Assembly (NCBI GenBank): GCA_017441385.1
Contig: JAFRXY010000098.1
Location: 3,350-67,349, forward strand
Length of the DNA stretch: 64,000 nt
Source: Clostridia bacterium
Lineage (GTDB): Bacteria; Bacillota; Clostridia; Oscillospirales; Acutalibacteraceae
Direction: 5' to 3'
Of this stretch, positions 1-9,109 are shown piece by piece. Position 1 is the stretch's first letter; each line of letters starts with the position of its first letter. A program made the position numbers and the translations under genes. The notes below the pieces were generated by a model. The model was not told where the DNA came from. It did not search any database and saw nothing but the letters and a program-made list of their open reading frames with translations.

Positions 1-236
1 CAACAAAGAAGACGACGACTACCAAAAAGACGACCACCACTACCAAGAAGACAACGAAAAAGCCCACTACCAAAAAGACGACAAAAAAGACCACTACCTC
101 TTTGACGACGACGCCTACCACCGAAAAAACGACAACGACTACCACTACCACTACCACCACAACTTCCAAACCTACCACACCGCCAACGACACCGCCTCCG
201 CCGGTCAGTTCTGACACCGAAAGCGCTGTGGGCTGA
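1..236 (+). CDS. 3' end of a CDS (5' partial) with a Thr/Lys/Pro-rich low-complexity C-terminal tail
   Basis: Frame 3 is open from the window edge to TGA 234-236. It reads TKKTTTTKKTTTTTKKTTKKPTTKK...TSKPTTPPTTPPPPVSSDTESAVG*. It is absent from the ORF track because it has no start codon in the window. Confidence 0.5.
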   Translation, partial: TKKTTTTKKTTTTTKKTTKKPTTKKTTKKTTTSLTTTPTTEKTTTTTTTTTTTTSKPTTPPTTPPPPVSSDTESAVG

Positions 237-253
237 TTTTCTTCAAAAAAGTG

Positions 254-282
254 TTGACAAATCAGATGATTTGAGTTATGAT
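254..282 (+). promoter_or_regulatory. sigma-A type promoter for the thrS leader
   Basis: TTGACA 254-259, a 17-nt spacer, then TATGAT 277-282. Confidence 0.6.
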
Positions 283-289
283 GTTTTCA

Positions 290-622
290 TCAACCACACA
301 CCGAAAAATGTATAACAGACAAAACGTCGAGGGAAAACAAACCTTTCTGTTCCATGTCACAGAGATCCGCCCGGTTGATGAGAGGACGGACGGGACATTC
401 AGGCATAAACCGTTCCCGAGTCCGAAGCGACAAAGCCGCGCACTCCATGTGTGGCGCAAACTCCGGCGCGCGGCTGCGTTAACGGCCTATGAGCGGGAAC
501 GGTCTTTCTGTCATGAGGAAATGTCCGTTTCAACACGGGTGGAACCGTGGGGCATTATCATTTTACTCATTCAGCCTCACCCCGAATGCATTGCAAAAGT
601 GCGTTCGGGGTGAGATTTTTAT
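290..622 (+). promoter_or_regulatory. T-box leader (probable Thr specifier) with intrinsic terminator
   Basis: T-box sequence CGGGTGGAACCGTGG at 536-550. The terminator stem is CTCACCCCGAA 576-586 paired with TTCGGGGTGAG 604-614, followed by a T-run. The T-box 3' side can alternatively pair with the 5' terminator arm. An AGAGA motif sits at 361-365 and a candidate ACC specifier at 409-411. The element lies directly upstream of thrS. Confidence 0.8.
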
Positions 623-651
623 TCTCACCACTAACTAACGGAGGTATTATT

Positions 652-2565
652 ATGATCAAGGTAACGCTTAAGGGCGACGTCAGGGAATATGAAGCCGGTT
701 TATCGGTAGCCGACGTTGCGAAATCCATTGGTGCGGGTCTTTACAAATCCGCCTGTGCCGCCAAGGTGAACGGCAATGTGTGCGATCTGCGCACCGTTCT
801 GAAGGAGGACTGTGAGGTCGAGATACTGACCTTTGACGATGTGGACGGCAAAAAGGCATTCTGGCACACGACGTCCCACATTCTGGCGCAGGCCGTCAAG
901 CGCCTGTATCCCGCGGCGAAGCTGTCCATCGGCCCTTCCATAGACAGCGGCTTCTATTATGATTTCGACGTGGAGAAGCCCTTCACGGCCGAAGACCTCG
1001 AAGCCATCGAGAAGGAAATGAAGGCGATCGTCAAGAGCGGTATAGAAATTTCCCGCTTTGAGTTGGCTTCGGCGGAGGCCGTCAAGCTTCTGGAGGAAAT
1101 GCAGGAGCCCTACAAGGTGGAGCTTTGCAACGAGCATGTGGACAAGGGGGAGAACATCTCCTTCTACAAGCAGGCGGAATTCACCGACCTCTGCGCGGGT
1201 CCCCACCTCATGAGCGTCGCGCCGGTCAAGGCCTTCAAGCTCACCAACTGCACGGGCGCTTACTGGCGGGGCGACAGCAAGAATAAGATGCTCTGCCGCG
1301 TTTACGGTATTTCTTTCCCCAAGGCGGCACAGCTGGAAGAACATCTCGCGATGCTGGAAGAAGCCAAGAAGCGCGACCACAGAAAGCTGGGCAAGGAGCT
1401 TGAAATCTTCACTCTGATGGAGGAAGGCCCCGGATTCCCCTTCTTCCTGCCCAAGGGCATGATTGTAAAGAACGAACTGATCAATTACTGGCGTGAAATA
1501 CACAGAGCGGCAGGCTATGACGAAATTCAGACGCCTATCATGCTGAACCGTCATCTGTGGGAAACGAGCGGCCACTGGTATCACTACAAGGAAAACATGT
1601 ATACCACCGTGATCGACGATGAGGATTTCGCCATCAAGCCGATGAACTGCCCCGGCGGTATTTTGGTTTACAAGACCAAAATGCATTCCTATCGGGATTT
1701 GCCGCTCAGAATGGGCGAGCTTGGCCTTGTTCACAGGCATGAGCTGTCAGGCGCGTTGCACGGCCTCATGCGTGTGAGAAACTTCACGCAGGACGACGCG
1801 CATATCTTCATGACGCGCGAACAGATCAAGGATGAAGTCAAGGGCGTTGTGCGGCTGATCGATAAGGTTTACCAGCAGTTCGGATTCACCTATCACATCG
1901 AGCTTTCCACCAAACCGGAGGATTCCATGGGCAGCGAGGAGGATTGGGAGGTTGCGACAGAGGCGCTCCGTCAGTCTGTCACGGAACTGGGTTACGATTA
2001 CAAGGTCAATGAGGGCGACGGCGCGTTCTACGGTCCCAAGCTCGACTTCCACCTGACCGACTGCATCGGCCGCACATGGCAGTGCGGTACCATTCAGCTT
2101 GACTTCCAGCTCCCCGAGCGATTTGAACTGGAATATGTCGGCGCGGATGGCAACAAGCACCGTCCTATCATGATTCACCGCGTTGTATTCGGAAGTATCG
2201 AGAGATTCATCGGTATTCTGATAGAGCATTTTGCTGGAGCTTTCCCGGTTTGGCTGGCTCCTGTGCAGGTCAAGCTCCTTCCCATCGCCGACCGGCATCT
2301 CGACTACATCTATGAGGTCGAGAAAGCACTGGAGGCCAAGGGCATCCGCTGCGAGGTGGACGACCGCAACGAGAAGATCGGCTACAAGATCAGAGAAGCG
2401 CAGGTCAAGAAGGTTCCCTACATGGTAATCGCCGGCGACAAGGACATCGAAAACGGCACAGTGGCCATCCGCTCCCGCAAGGAAGGCGACATCGGAACCA
2501 TGACGCCGGAGGCATTCGTCGACCTCATTGTGGAGAAGGTAAATTCAAAGGTAATTGACTGCTGA
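652..2565 (+). CDS. thrS: threonine--tRNA ligase
   Basis: TGS domain start MIKVTLKGDVREYE, an editing domain, class II core motifs (HRHELSGALHGLMRVRNFTQDDAHIF) and an anticodon-binding C-terminus. GGAGG RBS precedes ATG 652. The upstream part of the 547 ORF overlaps the T-box terminator. Confidence 0.97.
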   Translation: MIKVTLKGDVREYEAGLSVADVAKSIGAGLYKSACAAKVNGNVCDLRTVLKEDCEVEILTFDDVDGKKAFWHTTSHILAQAVKRLYPAAKLSIGPSIDSGFYYDFDVEKPFTAEDLEAIEKEMKAIVKSGIEISRFELASAEAVKLLEEMQEPYKVELCNEHVDKGENISFYKQAEFTDLCAGPHLMSVAPVKAFKLTNCTGAYWRGDSKNKMLCRVYGISFPKAAQLEEHLAMLEEAKKRDHRKLGKELEIFTLMEEGPGFPFFLPKGMIVKNELINYWREIHRAAGYDEIQTPIMLNRHLWETSGHWYHYKENMYTTVIDDEDFAIKPMNCPGGILVYKTKMHSYRDLPLRMGELGLVHRHELSGALHGLMRVRNFTQDDAHIFMTREQIKDEVKGVVRLIDKVYQQFGFTYHIELSTKPEDSMGSEEDWEVATEALRQSVTELGYDYKVNEGDGAFYGPKLDFHLTDCIGRTWQCGTIQLDFQLPERFELEYVGADGNKHRPIMIHRVVFGSIERFIGILIEHFAGAFPVWLAPVQVKLLPIADRHLDYIYEVEKALEAKGIRCEVDDRNEKIGYKIREAQVKKVPYMVIAGDKDIENGTVAIRSRKEGDIGTMTPEAFVDLIVEKVNSKVIDC

Positions 2566-2653
2566 TATGATTCGCGAATAGTTAATTCCCCCGCCGGAAT
2601 CAATAGGCCTTGAAAAAAAGAGAAAAAAGAGTTATTTTGTCGAGTGAAATATG

Positions 2654-2682
2654 TTGACAATCGCAAACGAATGTGATATAAT
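2654..2682 (+). promoter_or_regulatory. sigma-A promoter with extended -10
   Basis: TTGACA 2654-2659, a 17-nt spacer, then TGaTATAAT ending at 2682. Confidence 0.55.
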
Positions 2683-2722
2683 TTCAAGTGAAGGAATCTC
2701 ACTTTGAGTGATGCGGGAGTGA

Positions 2723-3997
2723 TTGTCTGTGGCTGTTCTGACAGGAGAACTCTATCGAAGCGTCTGTATGTCCTTTGATCATGAACTGTTGCTTACGGCG
2801 GGGGACAACTCCGCGGATATCCCTGTACTCAGACTGACGGTCATCGGTGACAGGGCTTCGGCGGAAAGAATTCGCAAGTATGACGCGGTCATCTTTCATG
2901 CCGAAAACCATAAGAAATGCAGCATTCTTGACGCGGCGGAAGCTCTCAATGCCAACGGCGCCTGCGCCATGCTGATTTCATCGCAGGACTACGGCGTTTA
3001 TGAGCTTGAACAGCTCCGTATTCTTTGCGCTTCTCTTTCCCTGCCGCTGGTTGAAATTCAATCAACCGATTATCTTCCGGTCCTCATTAATCTGATCAAT
3101 GAGAAGATGAACGGCTTATATGAGGAGTCTCTGGAAATAGGAGAACTGCTTCTGGGAGTGATCAGAATGCCGGAATACTACGGTGATTACGGCTATTACG
3201 GCTATTACAGCTATTACGGCGAATTGCTTGCTGAGCACGGATTTTATGAATATTCCGATTACTGCGTGGCGGTATTTCAATTCGTCAGCAGACGCGACGC
3301 TTTTGGCAGCCGGAAAGATGTGGTGAATGCTTCCAGATGTATCGAAACCGGTCTTGGCATGAAGGCGGCGGCGGCCGTTCTTCCGATGGGTTTTCAAGTG
3401 GCGGTGGTGTTTGCCGACGTTGACACGGATGACGTGGTCCGGGCGTTACGGAGAGGGCTTGACGCCGTTCCCGATGATATTACTTCGGAGTATAGCATTT
3501 ACATCGGCGTGAGCGACCGCGCAAGAGGAATTGACTGTGTGCCGGCTTTGCTGAATCTTGCGGCAAAGACCGCTCTTATGCAGCAGCGCAGGGGAAACGA
3601 AGGCTGTCCTGTAAGGTATTCCGAACATAATCTCAACAAATTTATGGTTTCGCTGAAAGACAGTGAAACCATAGAATCCCTGATTAACGATACTTTGTTG
3701 CAGCTCGCGGAATATGACAGGAAAAATGACACCGATTACATCAATTTCCTGAAGGTTTACTTCCGCAACAACTGCTCCTTGCAGAGAACAGCGAAGGAAC
3801 TGTATATTCACAGAAACTCAGTGAACTACGCTCTGCGCAAGATTGAAAGCATCATCGGCAGGAGCCTTTCGGATATCAACACCAAGGCGGAGCTGATTTT
3901 GGGGCTGGGATTTCTGGAACTGTCGCGTGACGAGCCGTTTTTCAGATGCGAGAAACGAAGTCAGGGAGGTATGATAAGTGAAAATAACCGTGCTTGA
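2723..3997 (+). CDS. PucR/CdaR-family transcriptional regulator
   Basis: C-terminal PucR-type HTH (LQRTAKELYIHRNSVNYALRKIESIIGRSL). The start is uncertain: TTG 2723 or ATG 2768. An internal Tyr/Gly repeat reads YYGDYGYYGYYSYYG. Confidence 0.8.
   Translation: MSVAVLTGELYRSVCMSFDHELLLTAGDNSADIPVLRLTVIGDRASAERIRKYDAVIFHAENHKKCSILDAAEALNANGACAMLISSQDYGVYELEQLRILCASLSLPLVEIQSTDYLPVLINLINEKMNGLYEESLEIGELLLGVIRMPEYYGDYGYYGYYSYYGELLAEHGFYEYSDYCVAVFQFVSRRDAFGSRKDVVNASRCIETGLGMKAAAAVLPMGFQVAVVFADVDTDDVVRALRRGLDAVPDDITSEYSIYIGVSDRARGIDCVPALLNLAAKTALMQQRRGNEGCPVRYSEHNLNKFMVSLKDSETIESLINDTLLQLAEYDRKNDTDYINFLKVYFRNNCSLQRTAKELYIHRNSVNYALRKIESIIGRSLSDINTKAELILGLGFLELSRDEPFFRCEKRSQGGMISENNRA
3173..3220 (+). 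repeat. 9-bp tandem repeat inside the PucR-like CDS
   Basis: Five in-frame units: gaatactac/ggtgattac/ggctattac/ggctattac/agctattac. They encode (E)YY-GDY-GYY-GYY-SYY. Confidence 0.9.
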
Positions 3998-4952
3998 TAT
4001 GGATACTGCTTCCATTGACGGAGATATTTCTTTAGACGGGCTTGCCATGCTGGGCGAGTTGCGCGTATTCGGCCAAACCGGCGGGAAGGACACGGTTGCG
4101 CTGATAGGCGATTCCGATGCCGTTGTCTGCAACAAGACACGCATTACCCGCGAAGTCATGGAAGGCTGTCCTTCCCTGCGATATGTCGGTCTGATGGGCA
4201 CCGGATTCGATCAGGTGGATATAGCCGCCGCCGACGAGCTGGGAGTGACCGTCTGCAACGTGCCCTCCTATTCCTCCGACGCCGTGGCGCAGCATACCTT
4301 CGGGCTGATTCTGAATCATTTCGGCAGGATAGCGGAATACACCGCCGACTGCGCCTCCGGCGGCTGGACGCGGAAGCAATATTTTTCTGTTTTCGGCCGC
4401 GAAATGCACGAGTTGGCCGGCAAGACCGTCGGGCTGATCGGATGCGGCGGCATCGGCAGGAAAGTGGCGAAGATCGCCGACGCGTTCGGCATGAAGGTGC
4501 TTGCTTACAACCGCGACCCCGAACGGATAAAGGACATTCCTTATATCACAGGTGTTCCTCTGGAAAGGCTGCTGCGGGAATCCGATGTGGTATCTCTGCA
4601 CTGTCCGCTGAATGACAGCACCCGTGAACTGATCAATTCCCGCACTCTTTCGATGATGAAGCCGACCGCTCTGCTGGTCAATACTTCCCGCGGGGGCGTC
4701 ATCAATGAAGCCGACCTTGCCGCGGCCCTGCGTGACGGGGTCATCGCGGCGGCGGCGGTAGATGTGCTGACGGAGGAACCGATGTCGGACGGTACGCCGC
4801 TCCGCAAGGCAAAGAATATTGTTTTTACTCCGCATATCGCGTGGGCACCGGTCGAAACCCGCATAAGGGTGTTTGAAATCGTGGCGGAAAACCTGAAAGC
4901 CTATGCCGAAGGCCGCCCGCAGAATGCCGTTCATTTCCATAAAACCGTATAA
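3978..4952 (+). CDS. D-isomer-specific 2-hydroxyacid dehydrogenase (glycerate/hydroxypyruvate reductase-like)
   Basis: NAD-binding motif GLIGCGGIGRKVA, plus SLHCPLN...TSRGGVI...TPHIAW catalytic region motifs. GTG start with GGGAGG RBS. It overlaps the regulator end by 20 nt. Confidence 0.9.
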   Translation: MKITVLDMDTASIDGDISLDGLAMLGELRVFGQTGGKDTVALIGDSDAVVCNKTRITREVMEGCPSLRYVGLMGTGFDQVDIAAADELGVTVCNVPSYSSDAVAQHTFGLILNHFGRIAEYTADCASGGWTRKQYFSVFGREMHELAGKTVGLIGCGGIGRKVAKIADAFGMKVLAYNRDPERIKDIPYITGVPLERLLRESDVVSLHCPLNDSTRELINSRTLSMMKPTALLVNTSRGGVINEADLAAALRDGVIAAAAVDVLTEEPMSDGTPLRKAKNIVFTPHIAWAPVETRIRVFEIVAENLKAYAEGRPQNAVHFHKTV

Positions 4953-4958
4953 TATCCG

Positions 4959-4999
4959 CGCCCGCAACGGCATATCTATTTGTCGTTGCGGGCATTTTG
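4959..4999 (+). terminator. intrinsic terminator
   Basis: Stem CCCGCAACG 4961-4969 pairs with CGTTGCGGG 4984-4992, followed by cATTTTgg. Confidence 0.6.
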
Positions 5000-5161
5000 G
5001 CGTACTTTTGCAAAAAAACAAAAATTTGCGGATAAAAAAACAAAAAAGTTATCAAAAAATACTTCATTTTTATGCAATTGTATGATATAATGACAGTAAC
5101 TATAGTTGGTGAACACTATTTCTTTGTGGAAAATAAATCTATAACGGAAAGGTTGTATAAT

Positions 5162-6130
5162 ATGGCGATTACTTTCACAGTGTCACTCGCGAAAATTATC
5201 AAGGAGTTTTCGCTCGAAACGGTCTATCTTGAAAAGAATCCCGAGGAAGTGATGATATCTTCCAATGAAGTCAACCGCCCGGGCGTTGAACTGACCGGAT
5301 TCTTCAATTTCTACGACAACCGTCGCATTCTGGTGTTCGGCAACACCGAAATGGCCTATCTCGGCGGTTTTTCACCCGAACAGAGGGCGAAGTGTCTTGA
5401 CGATCTCATGTCGCGCGGTGCGCCGGCGCTCATTCTCTGCCGCAGTTTCGAGCCTTTCGAGGAAATGCTGGAAGCGGCGAAAAAATACAATATGCCTGTA
5501 TTCGTGACACCCGACCCGACTTCGCAGTTCATGTCCGACCTGATCGCGCTGCTCAATGTCGAGCTGGCTCCCAGAGTGACGCGCCACGGCGTGCTGGTGG
5601 AAGTCTACGGCGAAGGCATTCTGCTGCTCGGCGACAGCGGCGTCGGCAAGAGCGAGACCGCCATTGAGCTGGTCAAGAGAGGCCACCGTCTGATCGCCGA
5701 CGACGCGGTGGAAATCCGCAAGGTGTCCAACAAGACCCTTGTCGGTTCGGCCCCCGCCAATATCCGCCACTTCATTGAGCTTCGCGGCATCGGGATTATC
5801 AATGCCCGCCGCATTTTCGGTATGGGCTCGGTCAAGATCACCGAAAAGATCGACCTTGTGATAGGTCTGGAAAACTGGGATCCCGAAAAGGTGTACGACC
5901 GCATGGGAATGGATAACGAGTACACCGAGCTTCTCGGCAACAAGCTGCCGATGCTCACCATTCCGGTCAAACCCGGCCGAAATCTCGCCATCATCATCGA
6001 GGTGGCCGCCATGAACAACCGTCAGAAGAAGATGGGCTACAATGCCGCGCAGGAGCTTCTGCACAATCTCGGCATGGACGTGGTTCCCACCACTCCCGAA
6101 GTCAAGGAGGAATGGGACAGCTTCAGCTGA
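5162..6130 (+). CDS. hprK: HPr kinase/phosphorylase
   Basis: Walker A LLGDSGVGKSETAIELVKRGHRLIADD and the HprK signature IELRGIGIIN. ATG 5162 (MAITFTVSL...) is preferred over the AT-rich upstream extension of the 5072 ORF. Confidence 0.95.
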   Translation: MAITFTVSLAKIIKEFSLETVYLEKNPEEVMISSNEVNRPGVELTGFFNFYDNRRILVFGNTEMAYLGGFSPEQRAKCLDDLMSRGAPALILCRSFEPFEEMLEAAKKYNMPVFVTPDPTSQFMSDLIALLNVELAPRVTRHGVLVEVYGEGILLLGDSGVGKSETAIELVKRGHRLIADDAVEIRKVSNKTLVGSAPANIRHFIELRGIGIINARRIFGMGSVKITEKIDLVIGLENWDPEKVYDRMGMDNEYTELLGNKLPMLTIPVKPGRNLAIIIEVAAMNNRQKKMGYNAAQELLHNLGMDVVPTTPEVKEEWDSFS

Positions 6131-6238
6131 TTTTTCCCTGTCCGTTACAGACATTCTGTATTATTGGCAAGCTAATGCATGAGTGCCCGGATGCAGGGCG
6201 CTGTGTGTTAAATAATTTCATTGTTGAGGTGTATGTAT

Positions 6239-7207
6239 ATGTACAATCTTGGTATCGATCTTGGCGGCATGAGCGTTAAGGTCGGCGTAGTGGACGAAAA
6301 CAACGCCATCGTCGGCAAGGCGGCCGTTCCTACCAATTCCCCCAATCAGCCTCCCCGTCCGGCGGACGACATCATGGACGACATTGCCACCGCCTGCCGT
6401 CTGGCTGTGGAGAATGCCGGCGTGAGCTTCGACGAGGTTGCCAACATCGGTCTGGGCTGCCCCGGCTCGGTCAATTCCAGCACCGGAATGCTCGAATTCT
6501 CCGGCAATCTCGGCATGAAGAATTACCCCGTCGCGGAAAAGCTGGAAGAGCGTCTGGGACGCAAGGTCTACATTGAGAACGACGCCAACGCCGCCGCATT
6601 CGGCGAGTCCATCGCGGGCGCGGCGAAGGGCGCGAAGAACGCGGTCTGCGTCACCCTTGGCACAGGCGTCGGCGGCGGCATTATCATCGACGGCAAGATT
6701 TTCAGCGGTTCCAATTTCGCCGGCGGCGAGCTGGGACATATGGTGATCGTCGCGGACGGCAGACCCTGCACCTGCGGCCGGAACGGCTGCTGGGAGGCAT
6801 ACGCGTCGGCTTCCGCGCTGATCTATCAGACACAGCTTAAAATGCTGGACAACAAGACTTCCACCATGTGGAACATTGCGGACGGCGACCTGAGAAACGT
6901 CAACGGCAAGACGGCGTTTGACGCCTACCGCATGGGCGATAAGGCCGGCTGCGAGGTTGTGGACAGATACATCTTCTACATAGCCTGCGGCGTGGCCAAC
7001 GTCATCAACATCTTCCAGCCCGACATCATCTGCATCGGCGGCGGTGTGAGCAAGGAAGGCGACACCCTTCTGGCGCCTCTCATGAGCTATGTCAACAAGG
7101 AGCGTTTTGGTAAGAATCTGGCCAAGCAGACCGAGATTGTGGTCGCACAGCTGGGCAACGACGCGGGTATTATCGGCGCCGCCAATCTTTATCTGAACGC
7201 TGAATAA
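6239..7207 (+). CDS. ROK-family glucokinase
   Basis: N-terminal LGIDLGGMSVKVG, ROK signature ENDANAAAFGE, and the Zn motif GHMVIVADGRPCTCGRNGCWE. The start is either ATG 6233 or ATG 6239 after GAGGTG. Confidence 0.9.
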   Translation: MYNLGIDLGGMSVKVGVVDENNAIVGKAAVPTNSPNQPPRPADDIMDDIATACRLAVENAGVSFDEVANIGLGCPGSVNSSTGMLEFSGNLGMKNYPVAEKLEERLGRKVYIENDANAAAFGESIAGAAKGAKNAVCVTLGTGVGGGIIIDGKIFSGSNFAGGELGHMVIVADGRPCTCGRNGCWEAYASASALIYQTQLKMLDNKTSTMWNIADGDLRNVNGKTAFDAYRMGDKAGCEVVDRYIFYIACGVANVINIFQPDIICIGGGVSKEGDTLLAPLMSYVNKERFGKNLAKQTEIVVAQLGNDAGIIGAANLYLNAE

Positions 7208-7272
7208 TTTTCTTTTTTCGTTTGGCGATCCAACCATTGTTTTATAATTTAGATCCGGAGGAATTATTTTCG

Positions 7273-8190
7273 ATGTCAAATAATTATCTGCAATTCAAGT
7301 CTGCGCTGGAAAAATTCGGCTGCGACGTCAAGGCGGACGAACCTATGAAGAATCACACGTCCTTCAAAATCGGAGGCAGCGCTGACCTCTTTGTCACGGT
7401 GAGCGATCTGAATCAACTGACGGATGTGATCAGCTTCTGCCTCGAAAAAAATATTCCGCTGTTCGTGCTGGGCAACGGCTCCAATCTGCTTGTGTCGGAC
7501 AAGGGCATCAGGGGACTGGTGCTCCGGCTGGGCGGCGGGTTCTGCGACATCGGATTTAATGACGACGGTACGCTGCACTGCGGCGCGGGTGCGCAGCTTT
7601 CCAAGCTGTGCGCCTTCGCGCTGGAGCATTCGCTCACGGGTCTGGAATTCGCGTGGGGAATTCCCGGCTCGTGCGGCGGTGCGGCCTTCATGGACGCGGG
7701 CGCCTACGGCGGCGAGATGAGGAATGTCGTACTCTCCTGTGAGCATGTGAATCTGCGCACGGGCGAACGGGGCGTATTTGCGGGCGAGGAACTGGATTTT
7801 GACTACCGTCACAGCGTTTATTCGGGCGGCGGGTATGTCATTACCGCGCTGAACCTGCAGCTGGAAAAGGGAGACAAAGAGGAAATAAAGGCGAAGATGG
7901 ATGATCTGATGGGCCGACGCAAGGATAAGCAGCCGCTGGAATACCCCAGTGCGGGCAGTATCTTCAAACGTCCCGTCGGCTACTTCGCGGGGGGACTCAT
8001 CGAGCAGTGCGGACTCAAGGGGGCACAGGTCGGCGGAGCGCAGGTCAGCCCGAAGCACGCGGGCTTCATTGTCAATGTCGGGGGAGCCACCTGCGAGGAT
8101 GTGCTGGGACTCATTGAAAAGATTCAGAAAACGGTCAGGGAAGAAACAGGCGTAGAATTGGAATGCGAGGTACGCAAAACAGGGGAATAA
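7273..8190 (+). CDS. murB: UDP-N-acetylenolpyruvoylglucosamine reductase
   Basis: FAD-binding NHTSFKIGGSADLF...VLGNGSNLLV and C-terminal MurB motifs (PSAGSIFKRP, SPKHAGFIVN). ATG 7273 follows GGAGGA. Confidence 0.93.
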   Translation: MSNNYLQFKSALEKFGCDVKADEPMKNHTSFKIGGSADLFVTVSDLNQLTDVISFCLEKNIPLFVLGNGSNLLVSDKGIRGLVLRLGGGFCDIGFNDDGTLHCGAGAQLSKLCAFALEHSLTGLEFAWGIPGSCGGAAFMDAGAYGGEMRNVVLSCEHVNLRTGERGVFAGEELDFDYRHSVYSGGGYVITALNLQLEKGDKEEIKAKMDDLMGRRKDKQPLEYPSAGSIFKRPVGYFAGGLIEQCGLKGAQVGGAQVSPKHAGFIVNVGGATCEDVLGLIEKIQKTVREETGVELECEVRKTGE

Positions 8191-8232
8191 TGACGCTATA
8201 GAGCAATGGACTGACAGCGGAGGTAAAAAGAT

Positions 8233-9090
8233 ATGGAATTTCTGATCGTGACGGGACTGTCCGGCGCGGGAAAATCGCTGGTCGTGGACGCGCTGGAGGA
8301 TGTTGGATATTATTGCGTGGACAATATGCCTCCCGTAATGATACTGCGCTTCTATCGCATATGTCTGAATTCGCAGGAGGAATTTGACAAGGTGGCCGTG
8401 GTAACGGACATTCGCGGAGGGGAACCATTCCGCACGCTGATCACCGACCTGGAAGTGCTGAAAGTAGAAAAAAAGCCGTTTAAGGTGTTGTATATCAATT
8501 GCAGCAAGCATGTGCTGCTCAACCGTTACAAGGAAACCCGCCGCAAGCACCCTCTTGTCGGGGAGTATGAGGGGTCGGTTGAGAGGGCGATTGAAGAAGA
8601 AATCCGGATGCTGGAACCGGCATATAAAATGGCGGATTATCTCATCGACACTACCGAGCTTTCTCCGTCCCAGCTTAAACAGCGTGTCAAGGAAATGTTC
8701 GGCGGCAGCGTGTCTGCACAGATGGTGATCCGGGTCATGTCCTTCGGCTTCAAATACGGCCCCAACAAGGAGGCCGACTTGGTGTTTGATGTGCGCTGTT
8801 TCCCCAATCCCTATTACGTCCCGGAATTAAAGCACCATACAGGGCTGGAGAGCTGCGTCAGGGAATACGTGATGAATGACGATTCCACCATGGGCTTTCT
8901 GAGCCGGCTGTATGACATGATCGACTACCTGCTTCCCCTTTACAAAAAGGAAGGCAAAAGCGAGCTGGTGATTGCGATGGGCTGCACCGGCGGCAAGCAC
9001 CGTTCGGTAACCGTTGCCGAAAACCTCGGAGGCTACCTCGCCTCCAAGGGCAATAAGGTGGTTATTTCACATAGGGATATCAACAAGTAA
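8233..9090 (+). CDS. rapZ: RNase adapter / nucleotide-binding protein RapZ (YvcJ)
   Basis: P-loop VTGLSGAGKS, DVRCFPNPYY, and C-terminal GCTGGKHRSV. Confidence 0.93.
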   Translation: MEFLIVTGLSGAGKSLVVDALEDVGYYCVDNMPPVMILRFYRICLNSQEEFDKVAVVTDIRGGEPFRTLITDLEVLKVEKKPFKVLYINCSKHVLLNRYKETRRKHPLVGEYEGSVERAIEEEIRMLEPAYKMADYLIDTTELSPSQLKQRVKEMFGGSVSAQMVIRVMSFGFKYGPNKEADLVFDVRCFPNPYYVPELKHHTGLESCVREYVMNDDSTMGFLSRLYDMIDYLLPLYKKEGKSELVIAMGCTGGKHRSVTVAENLGGYLASKGNKVVISHRDINK

Positions 9091-9109
9091 CCTGAATTGG
9101 TGGTATTAA

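Noticed and set aside
700-1740. Long antisense ORFs opposite strongly recognised genes. Examples: 700-1740(-) in thrS, 7276-8550(-) in murB/rapZ, 10648-12273(-) in dnaE, 20702-22093(-), 22648-24081(-) in purD, 26125-27780(-) in glmS, 38835-39911(-) and 57243-58427(-).
   Set aside because: Each lies entirely opposite a CDS with unmistakable family motifs. Their translations are Arg/Gly/Ala/His-rich low-information sequence of the kind expected from the antisense of GC3-rich genes. None has an RBS or a recognisable domain.
5072-5161. Upstream extensions of several ORF-track entries: hprK 5072, murB 7222, purE 15125, dacB-like 35681, GDE 47781 and the FAD dehydrogenase 50963.
   Set aside because: The extensions run through AT-rich promoter regions or overlap the preceding gene. 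The family-conserved N-termini begin at internal starts that have proper RBSs.
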